Positions 61,148 to 64,000 of a stretch of 64,000 nucleotides of DNA are shown piece after piece. Position numbers and translations under genes: made by a program. Origin of the DNA: a virus. Lineage: Duplodnaviria > Caudoviricetes. The stretch lies in the IMG/VR virus record IMGVR_UViG_3300028581_000010. One strand, given 5' to 3'. The notes beneath the pieces are model-generated. The model made no database searches. It was not told the DNA's origin and was given only the letters and a program-made list of their open reading frames with translations. How positions within the stretch are numbered: position 1 is the first letter of the stretch; the number at the start of each line of letters is the position of its first letter.

Positions 61148-62281
61148 TTAAATATCCAGGTCCATGCAGGACAGCCCGTTACCCATAAAGCGGTTTCCAC
61201 CACCACGGAACACTCTGTTGTAAGAGCTGCGAGGCTCGATACGCAGAGTACGAATGGGCTGCTTGCAGATGTCGAGTTCCGTATCATTTTCCTCAGCATC
61301 AATAATCTCCTTCTCAGTGAATGCGGAGTATATGTTGATCAGATCCGTGTCGAGTACCTCGGCGATCTGGCCGAGCTCGTCGCGGTTGGCCCAGAGGTCG
61401 TAGCCCACACAGCCATAATTGAGCGGAGCGGGCCGCAGCTTGATGTTATCGTGCAGCAGCTTCTCGCCAATAGGCGTGCCATTCTCATCCTTGATAACCT
61501 CGTAGACGGCGTGCAGATCCGCGATCTTCTTGACGTTGAACACGTCTTCGAAGGCGGAAGGAGCCTCGTGGTGAATGTTCACCTCATCGATGATGGCGCA
61601 CACGGAGTCCACCGTAATAAGCTCCAGCTCGGAGACGAAGTCGATGACAGACTGCCGCAGCTCGGTATACTTCAGCCGGTCATCCACGATCTGGTAGATG
61701 ATGTCCGGATGCAGGTTGCCGAATGTCTTCACGTACCGAATACGTCCTGGCCGCTGTATCATGTTGGGCTCGATGTTGAGCTCGTTGGTTGTAAGCAGAA
61801 ACAGCTTGCGGTAGGCACCCTTGGTAACGCCGTCCATAAGCATGAGCAGTTTACTTGGGTGGCCGTATTCCCGAGGAAATACCTTCTCGAACTCGTCGAA
61901 GAAGAGCACCACGTCCTGCTGAATGTTACCGACGAACTCATTGATGTCGTCGTAGGCAGCGTCCACGATGATCACGGGCAGCTGCAGCTTGTTGGCAAGA
62001 ATCTCGCAGGTAACCGTCTTGCCGGTACCCCGAATGCCGTTTAGCAGCGCTCCGAGGTTGGTAGTTGTATTGTTCCAGGTACGGATGACACGTGCGATAA
62101 AGTCGTCGCACAGGCCATATACCTTCGGTGGCAGAGGGAACTCCTTGGAGATGTGCTCCAGAAAGAATCCCATGCGTTGGTTCCACCGAAGGATGTATAT
62201 TCCAATCGGTAGTAGTTCTAGTTGCTGGCTAACCTCTTCGATGCGGAAGATGTTGCCACTCTGTGACCAGTTGTTTTTCAT
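61148..62281 (-). CDS. AAA+ ATPase
   Basis: Walker A GIRGTGKT, Walker B LFFDEFEK, TTN, RPGRI arginine finger. Confidence 0.92.
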   Translation of the reverse strand: MKNNWSQSGNIFRIEEVSQQLELLPIGIYILRWNQRMGFFLEHISKEFPLPPKVYGLCDDFIARVIRTWNNTTTNLGALLNGIRGTGKTVTCEILANKLQLPVIIVDAAYDDINEFVGNIQQDVVLFFDEFEKVFPREYGHPSKLLMLMDGVTKGAYRKLFLLTTNELNIEPNMIQRPGRIRYVKTFGNLHPDIIYQIVDDRLKYTELRQSVIDFVSELELITVDSVCAIIDEVNIHHEAPSAFEDVFNVKKIADLHAVYEVIKDENGTPIGEKLLHDNIKLRPAPLNYGCVGYDLWANRDELGQIAEVLDTDLINIYSAFTEKEIIDAEENDTELDICKQPIRTLRIEPRSSYNRVFRGGGNRFMGNGLSCMDLDI

Positions 62282-62309
62282 TTATGTGTTGTGGTGTGTT
62301 GGTTGTTTA

Positions 62310-62972
62310 TTAGTAGGTCTTTCCCTCGGCATAACGCTTCCTGCGATATGCCCGCCCTTTTCCTTTATTCTTGTTCTTATACGTTGGTAGCTGCATGTCG
62401 CAGTTTCCGCAAACTAAGCGGATGTTATTTATCTTGTTGTTGCCGGAGTCTCCATCAATGTGGTCCATGATTAACGGAATAGGTTGTCCTTGCCATGTTG
62501 TATTCTTACATATGGCGCAGTTGTGTCCTTGTTTTTCCAGCATATAACGCTTAGCTGGGCCTTTTGATCTGGCTGCTATAAAGCTGCCACTCTCGATAAT
62601 TTTGGCGCGCGACGCTGCTCGCCGTGCTTCTGTAGCGCATTCCTGTGAGCAGTACTTAGTGTAAGTCATCACCTTTTTGCAGGTTGCGCATGCCTGTTGT
62701 GTACGTTGCAGCCTAGCTACAGTTACAATATCTAGCGAGCCTGCGCCACGCCGATATCGGCCTACATTGTTGTGGCTTACAGCGCAACCGCAGCTACAAA
62801 ACTTATTATGTCTTTTAGCGTATATAAGTTCCCGTTTACAGGTAGTGCAGTGTGCAGGGTTATCTTTATATTGTTGCTTGCGCTTTAAGCATATAGCTTG
62901 TTGCGTTTCTCTGGATTTTAGCCAACCTAGCCTCCCAGCTTCGGTATGGCTCATTTTATTAGTTGAGTTCAT
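62310..62972 (-). CDS. HNH endonuclease with repeated CxxC...FCSxxC modules
   Basis: LIMDHIDGDSGNNKINNIRLVCGNCD. Confidence 0.92.
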   Translation of the reverse strand: MNSTNKMSHTEAGRLGWLKSRETQQAICLKRKQQYKDNPAHCTTCKRELIYAKRHNKFCSCGCAVSHNNVGRYRRGAGSLDIVTVARLQRTQQACATCKKVMTYTKYCSQECATEARRAASRAKIIESGSFIAARSKGPAKRYMLEKQGHNCAICKNTTWQGQPIPLIMDHIDGDSGNNKINNIRLVCGNCDMQLPTYKNKNKGKGRAYRRKRYAEGKTY

Positions 62973-63017
62973 GCAACAAGTCTACCAACCATTGCAAAAC
63001 ATTCAAGTATAAAGATG

Positions 63018-63091
63018 AGCCCTTGCTCAGATTCGAACTGAGGACATCCTCATTACAGGTGAGGTGCTCTAACCAACTGAGCTACAAGGGC
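63018..63091 (-). tRNA. trnT: tRNA-Thr(UGU) with C33
   Basis: CCTCA-CCTGTAA-TGAGG. Confidence 0.92.
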
Positions 63092-63094
63092 TTA

Positions 63095-63165
63095 TGGAGC
63101 TGTCGAGGGTCGAACTCGAGAATCCGGCTTGCAGGGCCAGTGTTTTACCACTAAACTACAACCCC
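63095..63165 (-). tRNA. trnA: tRNA-Ala(UGC) with C33
   Basis: CTGGC-CCTGCAA-GCCGG; G3.U70 and A73 Ala identity elements. Confidence 0.92.
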
Positions 63166-63176
63166 ATGTAAAAATC

Positions 63177-63250
63177 TCGGAGAAACAGGATTTGAACCTG
63201 CGGCCTCCTGGTCCCAAACCAGGCGCTCTACCAAGCTAAGCTACTCTCCG
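63177..63250 (-). tRNA. trnP: tRNA-Pro(UGG)
   Basis: CCTGG-TTTGGGA-CCAGG; C1-G72, A73. Confidence 0.95.
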
Positions 63251-63273
63251 TTGTCTGTAAATACTAACAGGTA

Positions 63274-63594
63274 TTACGAATCTTTGTCAACTTCTTCCAG
63301 CCATTCGAGAACCTTCATCCTCTTGGCTAGCAGCCATGTGCCTCCCTGACTCTCAGGTCTTGAAAACTCTTGGTAGTCATCTACTTCTACCTTAAACCAA
63401 GCTCTCTTCTTCTTTGAAAGATGCGGAGCTGTGGGTTTTTTCAAGGCATGAAAGCCTGGGCGGACTGCAAAGCCTTTTGTGGGGTGGTTCTCCGCCACCA
63501 TCCACTCGTTAAAAGCTATCTTCTTTGTCTTGTTGATGAACAGGGACTTTACGTCCCCGTTCTTCAACACGCGCATTAACTTGTAGGCGATCAT
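63274..63594 (-). CDS. conserved phage hypothetical protein
   Basis: AYKL...AENHPTKGFAVRPGFH...GGTWLLA. Confidence 0.75.
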   Translation of the reverse strand: MIAYKLMRVLKNGDVKSLFINKTKKIAFNEWMVAENHPTKGFAVRPGFHALKKPTAPHLSKKKRAWFKVEVDDYQEFSRPESQGGTWLLAKRMKVLEWLEEVDKDS

Positions 63595-63600
63595 TATCCT

Positions 63601-63936
63601 TTAAGCAGGAGACTCATCTACAGCGCAAGCCTCCCCTACCGTATTGCGTGTAGCGCGCACCACATCAACCATGGTTGCTCTACTTGCCCCTAGCGACGCA
63701 CTTGCCCCGCAGCATTCATGCACTTCTCCTCTTGCCTCAGCCACTGTCGCAATGCCGTCAATGTGCTTGCTGTTAAGGCTGGTGGCCAGCATTTTCACCT
63801 CTTTGTCTGTAGGGTTGGCGTAGTATTCATGTAACCCGTCGAGTAACCCAGATACCGAGGTGTAGACCACTCGTTGGCATCCTACCTTGACTATGAAGCC
63901 GTTTAATACGGCTGTTATGTGTATGTCTCTAATCAT
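63601..63936 (-). CDS. hypothetical protein
   Basis: 111-aa ORF. Confidence 0.7.
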   Translation of the reverse strand: MIRDIHITAVLNGFIVKVGCQRVVYTSVSGLLDGLHEYYANPTDKEVKMLATSLNSKHIDGIATVAEARGEVHECCGASASLGASRATMVDVVRATRNTVGEACAVDESPA

Positions 63937-64000
63937 ATTGTTTTTAGCTTAACTGCAGGCTCTTTGGTAATCCATCGCCTTCGATGGTCTTCTTGAAGCA

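Noticed and set aside
63095-63165. tRNA-Cys(GCA) reading
   Set aside because: The stem register places TGC at 34-36, and G3.U70 plus A73 indicate Ala.
1-64000. CRISPR array, DGR/retron reverse transcriptase, integrase, rRNA
   Set aside because: No regularly spaced repeat-spacer array, no YxDD RT motif, no recombinase motif and no rRNA-like segment seen.
1-64000. Alternative genetic code or stop-codon recoding
   Set aside because: Long genes are intact in code 11, all three stops are used at coupled junctions, and no suppressor tRNA was found.

Overview
This is a 64-kb slice of a large tailed dsDNA bacteriophage genome (standard code, gene-dense). All family calls come from motifs read by eye; no database search was run. 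Layout: (1) 1-18.6 kb, small accessory genes, mostly minus strand, in cassettes bounded by intrinsic terminators and a recurring YGGTATAAT promoter motif. (2) Three very large modular genes at 4.3-7.1, 19.0-21.7 and 26.4-29.2 kb, which embed GT-B glycosyltransferase, HExxH, M14 peptidase, GxSxG and ATP-grasp domains, plus a sulfotransferase and a Cys-repeat/LRR fibre. (3) A plus-strand structural and lysis operon at 39.5-53.4 kb: putative portal, fibres, LamG proteins, spanin-like proteins, holin and endolysin. (4) 53-64 kb, an Rnl1-like RNA ligase, a mini-prepilin, an AAA ATPase and a tRNA cluster interleaved with four HNH endonucleases. The main discovery is an HNH gene inserted inside tRNA-Val(UAC). 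It strands the perfectly pairing original 5' half upstream, while its own last codons supply a replacement 5' half. Three tRNAs carry C33 instead of the near-universal U33, and one long-variable-arm tRNA has a Gln (UUG) anticodon. Starts lacking Shine-Dalgarno sites and the prepilin style suggest a PVC/Verrucomicrobia-like host (inference only).
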